Shown here piece by piece: positions 1 through 9,402 of a stretch of DNA of 64,000 bases. The notes under the pieces were generated by a model that searched no databases, was not told the DNA's origin, and saw nothing but the letters and a program-made list of their open reading frames with translations. Made by a program: the position numbers and the translations under genes. How positions within the stretch are numbered: the stretch's first letter is position 1; each line of letters starts with the position of its first letter. The stretch spans positions 1,376,001-1,440,000 of the forward strand of contig CAWHAE010000012.1 in assembly GCA_963827235.1 (NCBI GenBank), written 5' to 3'. This stretch comes from an uncultured bacterium. GTDB taxonomy: Bacteria; Chloroflexota; UBA5177; JANWHV01.

Positions 1-353
1 CACGATCCCCACAGCGCTGAGCCGCCGGCTGCGGCCGGACGGGAAGGGATCCCCACTGCGGTGGGCGCCCGGCCGGCTGCGGCCGGGTGTGGCTGAAACG
101 CAGATACACACAGATGACGCAGATGGGCTCGGCGAGGGGGTGTGACGGAGAAGGCGAAAGGGCCGCCTGCTGTGGCCGGATGAGAGCGAGCGGTGCGGCC
201 GTCGATCTGCGGCCATGGTGCTGCCCGTTTCTTGCGTATATACACCGTATCGCCCGTCCTCCTTCCCCCAACCATTTGCAACCATTTGCAAGCATTCTGA
301 GATCCGCGACCCGGCTGGACCCGGTACATGGGCTCCGTCCGGGCGCCGGTAAG

Positions 354-408
354 TAGAACAGATATTCTATATCCGGACGTAGTATAGCACGGAATGGCAG
401 GGTGTCAA
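354..408 (-). promoter_or_regulatory. sigma70-type promoter (TTGACA-16-TATACT) followed by a LexA-like box
   Basis: Minus strand TTGACA at 408-403 and TATACT at 386-381. TAGAACAGATATTCTA (GAAC-N4-ATTC) at 354-369 lies just downstream. Target gene not identified. Confidence 0.5.
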
Positions 409-798
409 GGAACACGCGCGGAGCCGCGTGGGGTGAGCCCATAGCCTGGCGCGAGCTGCAAACGCCGGCAAATCACCGGCCGGTGCCACGTGGACGTCGA
501 CGGCCTGAGCATCACCCGCAGGCGGGTACCCGGCTCATGGCAGAGACGAGAGCATAATGCTCTCTGGTTCGGCAGCTGAGGCTGTCGAGGAGCAAAGCAG
601 AGAAAGGCGGTCGGCCCATGCATCGGGCGACTCTTATAGACGGCGCTTGGGGAATGGATTCGCGCGCGATCCGTGGTGCAGGTCGTCCTCGTGGCCACGG
701 TCATCGGGTGCTCGTCGCGGGGCGCGGGTCGTCTCCAGCGGCGAGGATCCCTTGACCTCGCAAGCAGTGGGGTGGCAATTACATCCTGTATGTACTGG

Positions 799-1410
799 CT
801 ACGTAAGAGCGGCAATCAGCTGGGCGACCTCGCGATAGCACTTATCGAAAGAGTCGGCGCTGCGCGCCTGCTCAAGATCAAAGAGGGCGGTGAGCGCGGG
901 CTGGTCCGTCGTCTGGCTGTACTTTCTGCCGTACGGCATATGCCGGCCAAGCCATTCCTTTGCACCGCGAATGCTCTCGGGATCGGGCGGTGACTGAAGG
1001 TCGTCCGGCAGGCCGCGTTTGCCGGCGAGGGATGCCGCCGCCGCCAGGAACCATGCCTCACACTCGCGTTTTGCCAGCACGACACTGATTGGCCGGTCCG
1101 GGCGCACCTGTTGGGCGCGATCTCGCAGCTGCGGCCCAAGCGCTGCCGGACAATCGTCATCGGCGTCGGCGAGCACGACGATCGCGCCGCCACGGCCTAT
1201 CATGCGGGCAGACAGCTCTACGGCCCGTTCGATGCCATCGGGCTGAACCAGAGCCCCACGAGGAATCCGCTTGGTGACCTTGACATCTACGTAGGTATTC
1301 GGGTCGAGGTCCGCGGCAATTCGGCGCACCAATATGGGAAGGGCCAGCTCGTCCGCCTGGCCCTCGACGATGCACGCGATCGTGCGCTCAGCGCTACGCT
1401 CATCCGCCAT
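799..1410 (-). CDS. DUF4276/RloB-like protein
   Basis: 203 aa. IVEGQAD Toprim-like start, DADDDCP, ECEAWFLA, directly downstream of an AAA ATPase. Confidence 0.8.
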   Translation of the reverse strand: MADERSAERTIACIVEGQADELALPILVRRIAADLDPNTYVDVKVTKRIPRGALVQPDGIERAVELSARMIGRGGAIVVLADADDDCPAALGPQLRDRAQQVRPDRPISVVLAKRECEAWFLAAAASLAGKRGLPDDLQSPPDPESIRGAKEWLGRHMPYGRKYSQTTDQPALTALFDLEQARSADSFDKCYREVAQLIAALT

Positions 1411-1414
1411 TCGT

Positions 1415-2587
1415 TCAGGCCGACCGCTCAGACGGCGCGGGCCAGAAGTTGCTGGTTCGCAGCAGCTCGCCGGCCGTGGCCAGGTGATCCCTGATAATCG
1501 ACCGCTGGCCTTCGCCCAGCCTGCCGATGCTCGTCACGCCTGCCCTCACGACTGCGGCGAGAATCGCGTCCTCCGCGATGTCCGCATCGTCGAGCAGATC
1601 CGCGCTTTGCGTCGTAAGAATGACTTGGGAGCGCGCAGCGGCCTCGGAGAAGGCATCGCGCAAAACGGCGGTCGCCGCCGGATGAAGCGCCGTTTCCGGC
1701 TCCTCAATGCCAATCACTGCCAACGCCCGATCCTCGCCTACGCCACCCTGGAGCAGCGCCGTGAGCACCGCCAGGGCGTGCAGCGTGCCATCGGACATAG
1801 ACCTGGCCACGTACGGCTGTTCCTGGGCACTCCCTCCAGCCGTCTGATAGAACCGCAGCACGTCATAGCCCTCGATCGGCGCCGCCTGTACACGTGCCAG
1901 GTCAGGCACGATTGCACGCAGGTATTCGCCAATGCGCTCGAGGGCATGAGGCCGCTGAGCATCGAGACGGAGCAGGACGCTCGCGCAGTTACTGCCATCT
2001 GGGAGCAGTACCTCGTCGTTGTCGTGCTCGCTTGGGCGATGCATGTGCGCGGGCACCGGGTTGTAGAAGGCCATGCGTGAGAGCGTCTCAAAGACCGGCC
2101 TATCATAGTGCATGGCCGAGACGGGAAGATACAGACGGTCCGCCGGCACGGGCCGCTCCGCATTTGTGCCGCGATCGAGCACGCCGTCGTGTATCGAGAA
2201 CCCCGTGGGCGGGTGCCCTGTAAGTGGAAACTCGACAGTGCACTCTTCCTCTGCTACTGCCAGGCCACCGTGCGGTCTCTGCGCAAGACGAAGGGCGTAC
2301 GAGCCGATCTGACCGCCGGGCAGGGCAAGCTCGAAACGCAGGGCTATCGCGGCATCGGCTGTCGCACCCCGGTGCCGTAGATCATCGACGCCGCCGCGAG
2401 CGCGTATCGCCGCATCGAGCGAGGTGTTGAGCGCGTCCGCGATAAAGTGCAGCACATCGAGGAAATTGCTTTTGCCGGCGCCGTTCCGGCCGACCAAGAA
2501 CGTGAGCGGGCCGAGCCGTACGTCGCAGCGGGCGATGCTTTTGTAGTTCTCGATCGTCACACGCGTGACGAACGGCGGTTCGGCCAT
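1415..2587 (-). CDS. AAA_21-type ABC ATPase
   Basis: Walker A GRNGAGKS, signature MSDGT, Walker B IGIEEPE. H-loop reads TTQS. Confidence 0.88.
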   Translation of the reverse strand: MAEPPFVTRVTIENYKSIARCDVRLGPLTFLVGRNGAGKSNFLDVLHFIADALNTSLDAAIRARGGVDDLRHRGATADAAIALRFELALPGGQIGSYALRLAQRPHGGLAVAEEECTVEFPLTGHPPTGFSIHDGVLDRGTNAERPVPADRLYLPVSAMHYDRPVFETLSRMAFYNPVPAHMHRPSEHDNDEVLLPDGSNCASVLLRLDAQRPHALERIGEYLRAIVPDLARVQAAPIEGYDVLRFYQTAGGSAQEQPYVARSMSDGTLHALAVLTALLQGGVGEDRALAVIGIEEPETALHPAATAVLRDAFSEAAARSQVILTTQSADLLDDADIAEDAILAAVVRAGVTSIGRLGEGQRSIIRDHLATAGELLRTSNFWPAPSERSA

Positions 2588-2772
2588 GTCAGGTGCCCCA
2601 GTCTGCCGGTTTGCGCGTGTTCTTGCGCGAACTCCGGTTCCTCCTCTATCGTATCCGTTCGCGCAGGGATGCCGCTTTCACAGGATGCGGTCTGTTGCGT
2701 CTCTGGAGAGTGCCGCTCGTTCCCGGAGGCCAGGCTATCCAGGTCGCCGAGGTACTGCTGTTTCGCGCCGTT

Positions 2773-2933
2773 CCATCCGTATGAACGCGGGTTCGACGTA
2801 CGCACGGTCCCGGAGAGTCTCGACCTGCCCTCGCGCTGGAAGAAGCCGCGCATGGTCTTCGTCAACTCCATGGGCGACCTATACCACGAGGACGTGCCGC
2901 TGGAGTTCATCCGGCAGGTGTTCGCGGTGATGG
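2773..2933 (+). repeat. 161-bp direct repeat, copy 1 (copy 2 at 4704-4864)
   Basis: Identical except C2869/G4800. Confidence 0.95.
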
Positions 2934-3379
2934 GCCAGGCGCGCCGGCACACGTTCCAGATCCTGACCAAGCGCCGCGAGCGGTTGGAGCGAATCGCGCC
3001 GCTGCTGCCGTGGGCGCCGAACATCTGGCAGGGCGTGAGCGTGGAAAACAATCGCTGGGCTCGGCGAGCCGACGCCTTGCGGTCGGTGCCTGCGACCATC
3101 CGCTTCCTGTCCTGCGAGCCGCTTCTGGGCCCGCTGGACAGGCTCAACCTCGAGGGCATCGACTGGGTGATAGCCGGCGGCGAGAGCGGTCCGCGACACC
3201 GGCCCTTCCGTGTAGAATGGGCGCGCAATCTGCGCGATCGCACGAAGGCGGCCTGCCTGCCGTTCTTCTGGAAGCAGAACGGCGGCATTCACGCCAAGGC
3301 CGGCGGCATTGAGCTGGACGGGCGCATGTGGCAGGAGTGGCCCAGCATACCGCTTGCCTCTACAAGAGCGGCAGGGTAG
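2773..3379 (+). pseudogene. DUF5131 (phage Gp37/Gp68 family), C-terminal part lacking its N-terminus
   Basis: FVNSMGDLYH, HTFQILTKR, RFLSCEPLLG, WVIAGGESG, FFWKQNGG motifs. Confidence 0.8.
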
Positions 3380-3568
3380 CCGGCTCATAGCCTCATGCCG
3401 GCCGAGGCTTGCTATGCGGCAGGGAAGGCGAGCAGGTGTCGTTCCCTGCAGTACTCTGTTGCTCATGCTTACGGCTTGCGTGGCGATGTTGCCAACTACC
3501 GCTGAAGCAGCGCGTATACTTGATCACGACAGACGGCACGGCAGCGGACGGCGCGGGAGGAGTCGCAC

Positions 3569-3808
3569 ATGGCAAGCCCGGTGAATGAAGTGGCTGAGTT
3601 CTTCGCGCAGGCGCCGACACGGGAGCAGATCGCGGCGTTTCAGTTCTCATCTGAAGCCCAGCAGCGTGTACGTGACCTGCTCGCGGGCAACGCGGCAGGA
3701 ACGCTGACGGCCAGCGAGCAACGGGAACTGGATCAATTGGTAGTGCTCGACGACGTCGTCTCCTTGATCCGTGCGCGTGCGCAGAGAAACGCCAGCTCTG
3801 CCGCCTGA
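3569..3808 (+). CDS. small hypothetical protein, antitoxin-like partner of the HNH gene
   Basis: 79 aa with GGAGGAG RBS, 3 bp upstream of the HNH gene. Confidence 0.7.
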   Translation: MASPVNEVAEFFAQAPTREQIAAFQFSSEAQQRVRDLLAGNAAGTLTASEQRELDQLVVLDDVVSLIRARAQRNASSAA

Positions 3809-3811
3809 CCT

Positions 3812-4234
3812 GTGACGGCTGTAGCCGCGTCCATGCGCCGCGCGGTTGCGCGTCGTGCCAAGCATTGCTGCGAGTACTGCGGCATCGCCGATGATGCAGT
3901 GCTTGTTCCTCATGAGCCCGACCACGTCATTGGCGAACAGCACGGTGGGACAACGTCGCTGGAGAATCTGGCCTACGCGTGTTTTCGCTGCAACCGGTTC
4001 AAGGGGCCAAACATCGCGACGCACGATCCCGAGACGGGCAGCCTTGTCCCGCTCTTCAATCCGCGGCGCGACCGCTGGCAGGAGCACTTTCGTCTTGACA
4101 GCGTCGAGATCGTGCCGCTCACGCCAATCGGTCGTGGCACTGCAGCCCTCCTGCGATTCGACGATGAGCAGCGGCTGCTCCTCCGTGCTGAACTGCTTCG
4201 CCAGGGTAGATACAGGGAGCCGCAGCCGTCATAG
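3812..4234 (+). CDS. HNH endonuclease
   Basis: CEYC...DHVI...HGG...NLAYACFRCN, followed by LFNPRRDRWQEHF. Confidence 0.88.
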   Translation: MTAVAASMRRAVARRAKHCCEYCGIADDAVLVPHEPDHVIGEQHGGTTSLENLAYACFRCNRFKGPNIATHDPETGSLVPLFNPRRDRWQEHFRLDSVEIVPLTPIGRGTAALLRFDDEQRLLLRAELLRQGRYREPQPS

Positions 4235-4533
4235 CGCGGCGCATTCCTATTGCGTCTCGGCCAGGCACGTCGCAGGCTCTCTTGCTGCCCTGGCGTATAC
4301 GGTCAGCAGCTTGCCGGAGGCGACCGTGCAGAGCGAACGTGTCGCGAAGTAGTCCGGGGTCTTACAAGCCAGCTATCTGCGGATGGATGCCAGGCATCCG
4401 CCCGGGCACAGCCGCATCCCCATCTCACGTGATGGGCGGGGTGCTTGAGCCTAGGCCCTGATGAGGCACAGCCTGTCTGCCCTCGCGACGATCCATTAAG
4501 CTCCCATCGAGCACGATGCCAGTTGTTGGGTTG

Positions 4534-4553
4534 TAGGATAGGAACGAACGTTC
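4534..4553 (+). promoter_or_regulatory. LexA (SOS) box downstream of a -10-like element
   Basis: TAGGAT at 4534-4539, then GAACGAACGTTC (GAAC-N4-GTTC) at 4542-4553, about 20 bp before the DUF5131 start. Confidence 0.6.
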
Positions 4554-4572
4554 TAGAAGAGGGCCCACGCCC

Positions 4573-4864
4573 GTGGCTGTGACCTCAACAATCGCCTGGA
4601 CGAACTCGACGTGGAACCCGGTGCGTGGTTGCACCGAGGTGTCGCCCGGCTGCGCCCATTGCTACGCCAAGACGCTCGCCGAGCGCTTTCGGGGCGTGCC
4701 GGGCCATCCGTATGAACGCGGGTTCGACGTACGCACGGTCCCGGAGAGTCTCGACCTGCCCTCGCGCTGGAAGAAGCCGCGCATGGTCTTCGTCAACTCG
4801 ATGGGCGACCTATACCACGAGGACGTGCCGCTGGAGTTCATCCGGCAGGTGTTCGCGGTGATGG
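4573..4864 (+). pseudogene. DUF5131 N-terminal part with three-Cys motif
   Basis: IAWTNSTWNPVRGCTEVSPGCAHCYA. Homology ends at the end of the repeat (4864). Confidence 0.82.
4704..4864 (+). repeat. 161-bp direct repeat, copy 2
   Basis: Matches 2773-2933. Confidence 0.95.
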
Positions 4865-5972
4865 AAGAAGGCTGCCCGGATCGGTGTAGCGCGTCAGATC
4901 GGATCCATCGACAAAGGCGGTAACGAGATAAGGGCGTGTGCTCTCGGGGAGTATGCCCGCGTCAAACACCTGCACGATATGGGGGTGGGAAAGCGCCGCG
5001 AGAGCCTGTCCTTCCTGCTCAAGCATCTGGTGCGAGTAGGATTCGTCCGAGCCGTGAAACACCTTGAGCGCGCAGCGCCTATTGAGCAATGGATCGTGGG
5101 CCTCGTACACGGCTCCCGACCCGCCTTCGGCGATGCGGCGCACGATAGTGTACTTGTCGTTCACTCTGTAGCCGGGAGGAAGCCGGTTAGGCTCTGTCGA
5201 TATGATGGCGGGTCCGGCGCGGGAGCCGGCCGATTCCCTCGAGGCGAGCCGATCCCATGCTTCCAGCACCAGCCGCCTCGTCCGGTACTCGCCGTACTGC
5301 CTCAACTCGCGTTCCTTGAGCACACGGAACGTCTCGCCTGGGAAGCTCGTCGTGCGCGGCGTATCCGGTGGGTCCTCCTGTGGATCGAGGATGTCCTCGA
5401 GCTCACGATCTGTCAGGTCGTGCGGGTCCAGAATGTACCGCAGCTGCTTCCGGGTGAGACCGCAGAGCCGGGCGTAGTAAGCATCCAGTTCAGCGCGCAG
5501 CAGTACCCTTCTCTCCTGGTTCCAGGCGAACGGCGGTCCGATGTGGCCGAACTCGCGGGCGAACGCTTGCAAGTCTTGTGGCGTGTAAGCGAGCTCGAGC
5601 ACCCGCGGCGCTATGAACTCAGTATATGCGGGCGAATAGAACGCCGGGGGGAGCACGGGCAGCTGCTTAAGGACAAAGAAGTTCAGACTCGGCAGGCGTG
5701 AGGTCACGCATATCATTTCCCTCGTACGTGGCCCACCGATGGTCGAACTGGTGCAGCAGCTTCGACTCGTAGAGGGGTGCGAGATCTGGGCCAGAACTGT
5801 CGCGGAACAGGTGACTGTCGTTGGACATATCAAACATTCGCAGGAAAGACACACCCCACGGATTCTCGCCGGTGGTCTCGTTTGCCAGCACCGGAACACG
5901 GCGTTATATCGTTTTGGTCAGCTCGGCGTCGGCACGCGTGCGAAAGATAGGACAGGTCCTGGTGTTCGGATT
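4865..5972 (-). pseudogene. Eco57I/DrmMI-like methylase C-terminal remnant fused to a Ser/Thr kinase N-lobe
   Basis: [62 protein letters not shown], then in frame IAEGGSGAVY..ALKV..HPHIVQVFD. Contains a stop, a frameshift and a truncation. Confidence 0.72.
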
Positions 5973-6122
5973 GGGGTACAGCCGAGAGAGGTGCAAAAAT
6001 AGGAAATAGCGCGAGCCGAGGCTCGGATGTTAGCGGTCGCCTTCGTCGAGCGATTGTGCAATAAGGGCTTTGGCAACGAAAGGTCCGCACGACAGCCACG
6101 TACAGCATCCCAGCGCAGTACC

Positions 6123-7418
6123 TCATCCCGCCGTCGAGGACGCTTCAAGCTGGGGAAGCGGCAGCTTCTGCGGCGCCAAGACCCAGATACCACCGCCGAT
6201 AGCCAGGGGCAGCAAGCTGCCGAGCGAAACTGGCACCAGGGCACCAACCGCCTGGCTCGTGCTCAGACAGGTGACGATGAGGGCACCAGTCACCTCGCCG
6301 AAGGCGAATGACCAGAGTAGCAGGGCGACCAGCCGCCCCTGGAGGTGGTCGGGCACCGCGCGTTGCGCGAAGACATCGAAGACAATCAGCGTGGCGGCGT
6401 CAGCCACTTCGATCACGACGAGAAGACACAACGCTACCCAGGCGACATGAGTGAAGGCGAGTAGCCCCCACATGGGAATAAAGATGAGCGTCAGTATCCC
6501 GGAGGTGGTTGCGTTCAGGTAGCCGTGCTTCTGCCCATGTTTGGACCACGCGCCGCCCAGGAATCCACCGACGGCCAGGGCGCCGAACAGCACGGTCAGG
6601 AACGTGGACGGCTGGCCGAGGTGCGTCGCATAGACGACCGCCGAACTCATGAAGAAGTAGCCCGGCACGCACGGCGCGGCGCTTGCCAGGCAGATGGCTG
6701 CGACACGCGGATACGCGCGCAGGATGTCGACATAGCCGCCCAAGAGGTCTGCCACCCGCACAGGTGGCCTGGGGGCCCGAGGCCCTGCTGGAAGGCGGGC
6801 GAGCAGGGCCGCAGAGAGCGCGAAGCTGGCAGCGTTGGCGATAAATCCCGTGGTCGCGCCCGCGAAGGTGACCACGGGCGTGGCGATAAGCGGCCCGGCA
6901 AACTGGGCGCCGGTCACCGACCAGAGCGTGAAATCGGTAATCGCCTGCCCGACCTGCACGTCCCCCGCGAGTTGGCGGAGGTAGGCCTGCTGGGGCGGTC
7001 GGTAGATGCACTCGAGCGAGGTCAGGACGAAGCCGCAGGTGTACAGGAGCGGCAGCCATGGCCCGGATGTGACCAGCACCATGAGCCCTGCAGCGACGAC
7101 GCTGACGAGGTCCAGCCGGATGAGCAAATCCCGGCGGGCGAAGTGATCACCAATCGCGCCGCCTGGGAGCAGGAGTACCAAACGCGGTAGCAGGGAGAAG
7201 AGATAGGCGGCGCCCGCCGCCGCGACCTGTCCGGTCAGCCGGAACGCGACAATCGCCGCTGCCATCCGGTAGAACTCCGTACCCGTGTTGGATACGAGCG
7301 AGGACCAAATGACGAACTGGTAGCGATACGGGAACGTGGGTAGACGGAATGCGCGCATGGACCTGCCGGCCTCCATGCCGCGACCTCTTGGGTCTCCCGA
7401 GTCGCGTATGCTCGACAA
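6123..7418 (-). CDS. MFS transporter (DHA3-like)
   Basis: About 12 hydrophobic segments, GGAIGDHFARR motif, VPDHLQGR. True start may be downstream. Confidence 0.8.
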   Translation of the reverse strand: MSSIRDSGDPRGRGMEAGRSMRAFRLPTFPYRYQFVIWSSLVSNTGTEFYRMAAAIVAFRLTGQVAAAGAAYLFSLLPRLVLLLPGGAIGDHFARRDLLIRLDLVSVVAAGLMVLVTSGPWLPLLYTCGFVLTSLECIYRPPQQAYLRQLAGDVQVGQAITDFTLWSVTGAQFAGPLIATPVVTFAGATTGFIANAASFALSAALLARLPAGPRAPRPPVRVADLLGGYVDILRAYPRVAAICLASAAPCVPGYFFMSSAVVYATHLGQPSTFLTVLFGALAVGGFLGGAWSKHGQKHGYLNATTSGILTLIFIPMWGLLAFTHVAWVALCLLVVIEVADAATLIVFDVFAQRAVPDHLQGRLVALLLWSFAFGEVTGALIVTCLSTSQAVGALVPVSLGSLLPLAIGGGIWVLAPQKLPLPQLEASSTAG

Positions 7419-7552
7419 CCTGCACGATTGCGGTTGATGTCACATTCTCTAGTTTATGGCCTTCCCGCAGTGAGGGCAGCGGATATCGCGCGTGTTCCCT
7501 CCCTCGACCCTCGACGGTAGTGGCAGTTGAGGTGCCTCGCTCCCCTTGCTGG

Positions 7553-8524
7553 CTACGCCCATGCGATCTTCTCGACCTCTTTCTGCAGGTCACTCTTGGT
7601 CGCCCGGACATAGGTCATCGTGGTGTCCAGAGAGTCGTCGCCCATGATCTGCGCCAGGCGGTGCAGCGGGACCACCTCTGCCATCCGATAGCCGAAACGG
7701 TGCCGCAGATCGTGCGGGCTGACGTCGGCGAGACGGGCCAGGGCTGCATAGCGCTTGACGAGATGGCCAAGTGCACGTTCGCTGAGTGCTTGGCCCGTCC
7801 GGCCCGACGGGAAGAGGGACGTCGTGCCCGACTTGAGCGAGGGCAGGTACTCATTGAGGGCGCCACGTGCACTCGCGTTGAGTGGCACGTCGCGCACCTT
7901 GTTGCGCTTGCCGGTCACGCGCAGGCTACTGCTCCGCTTGCCGATCGTCACATCGGTACGCTCGAGTTGACAGACCTCAGTGGCGCGCAACCCCGTATGG
8001 AGCATGAGCACGATCTCCGTCCGGTCGCGCAGAGTGCCGCTCGTGCTGACCGCGAGGAGGGCGCCCTCATCCTGATCGCTCGAGTGCCGCGGCGCCGTCT
8101 CTTGCTGGCCCGCCGGCTTGACGACCTTCGCCGGATCGCGTACCAGGACGCCAGCCTCGACGGCCCAGGCACAGTAGCGCTTGATGCTGATGAGCGCGCG
8201 ATTGATGCTCGCCGGCTTGAGCATGCGTGTGCGCTGCAAGTAGGTCCGGGAGCGGGTCAGGAGCGGGGTGGTGATGGCCGCCGGCGCGAACGACGCCTCA
8301 ACCTGTTGTCCTGCACTCCACGTCGCTTCACACCAGGCGATGAATTGGCGCAGATCGCTCAGGTAGTTCCGCAGCGTGGCGGGCCGCACGTCCACCTCGT
8401 CGCGCAGATACGTCGAATACTGAGCGAGTGCCGCGAGCGCGCCACCAGATACCGCCGGCATAGCTGGGCGGGATCGCGCGCTCTGCCCGGAACCCTTAGC
8501 AGACATTCCCCAGTGATCCTCCAT
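7553..8524 (-). CDS. tyrosine recombinase/integrase
   Basis: TLRNYLSDL SAM-like domain, HTGLRATE, GKRNK, PHDLRH, TTMTY. The second His position reads MGD. Confidence 0.85.
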   Translation of the reverse strand: MEDHWGMSAKGSGQSARSRPAMPAVSGGALAALAQYSTYLRDEVDVRPATLRNYLSDLRQFIAWCEATWSAGQQVEASFAPAAITTPLLTRSRTYLQRTRMLKPASINRALISIKRYCAWAVEAGVLVRDPAKVVKPAGQQETAPRHSSDQDEGALLAVSTSGTLRDRTEIVLMLHTGLRATEVCQLERTDVTIGKRSSSLRVTGKRNKVRDVPLNASARGALNEYLPSLKSGTTSLFPSGRTGQALSERALGHLVKRYAALARLADVSPHDLRHRFGYRMAEVVPLHRLAQIMGDDSLDTTMTYVRATKSDLQKEVEKIAWA

Positions 8525-8687
8525 GGGCCGTTAGCTGTCACTTCGATCGGTATTCGGCCGATGATCTTGGGCGGTATGTGGCCAGCTCAGCAGCTCTGCC
8601 GCGATAGCCTGTGGTCCGTCGTGGGCTGAGCCCGGCCAGAGCGGACCAACGCCCTCCGTCGTCGGCACTGCTCTACCGTAGCACCAA

Positions 8688-9113
8688 GTGCTATACTTAT
8701 GGGGAGAGGAAGCCGGAGCGGCCATCTATGTAACACGCTGGTTCGACCGGTGGGCCGACCAGCAGGGCGTGAGTGCCCAGAGCCTCTGTGCCGCCGTGCA
8801 GGAAATGCAGGCAGGGCTGTACGACGCCGACCTGGGCGGCGGCCTCTACAAGAAGCGCCCGGCACGGCCCGGGCAAGGCAAGCGGGGCGGCTTTCGCATG
8901 CTGGTGGCCAGCAATCGCGAGAGCCGGTGGTGCTTTGTGTTCGGGCTCGCGAAGAGCGCACGCACCAACATCGATCAGGACGAACTGCAGGCACTCAAGA
9001 GACTGGCCAAGTACCTGCTGGCGCTGCCCGAGGAAGGACTGGAGCGCGCACAGCAGGCAGGAGAAGTGAAGGAGGTACGGTGCCATGCGCAAGACGCCAT
9101 CGGCGATTCTTGA
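8688..9113 (+). CDS. RelE/ParE-family toxin (DUF1044-like)
   Basis: TRWFDRWA...ADLGGGLYKKR...GKRGGFR...FGLAKS, overlapping the HTH gene. Start uncertain. Confidence 0.8.
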   Translation: MLYLWGEEAGAAIYVTRWFDRWADQQGVSAQSLCAAVQEMQAGLYDADLGGGLYKKRPARPGQGKRGGFRMLVASNRESRWCFVFGLAKSARTNIDQDELQALKRLAKYLLALPEEGLERAQQAGEVKEVRCHAQDAIGDS

Positions 9114-9402
9114 GGCGGTGCACGAGACGGCGCGAGGGCTGCACGCTGCCGGGGTGATGGATCAGGTCACCTTGCGAGAGCTTGACCGGCTCTGCCTCGC
9201 ACCAGTGACCGCGCTGCAGCCGGAGGACATCAAGCACATCCGCGAAGAGGCGCGCGTCAGCCAAGCCGTCTTTGCGGCCTTGCTCAACACGAGCGTCTCC
9301 ACCGTGCAGAAGTGGGAGATCGGTCAGAAGCGGCCGACGGGCACGGCACTGAAGCTGCTGCACTTGGTACAGGCACGCGGGCTGGACATCCTCGTGGCCT
9401 GA
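9085..9402 (+). CDS. XRE-family HTH antitoxin (HigA-like)
   Basis: IREEARVSQAVFAALLNTSVSTVQKWEIGQKRP. Confidence 0.88.
   Translation: MRKTPSAILEAVHETARGLHAAGVMDQVTLRELDRLCLAPVTALQPEDIKHIREEARVSQAVFAALLNTSVSTVQKWEIGQKRPTGTALKLLHLVQARGLDILVA

Noticed and set aside
20-292. Short repeats GCCGGCTGCGGCCGG x2 and ACCATTTGCA x2
   Set aside because: Only two copies each, with no array or element structure.
2447-2772. N-terminal extension of the 310-aa ORF
   Set aside because: It has no DUF5131 similarity before 2773 and overlaps the ATPase start on the other strand.
2557-2772. Minus-strand frame that would join the kinase fragment in frame if 2773-4864 were removed
   Set aside because: The joined product lacks kinase C-lobe motifs, and an in-frame join has a 1 in 3 chance.
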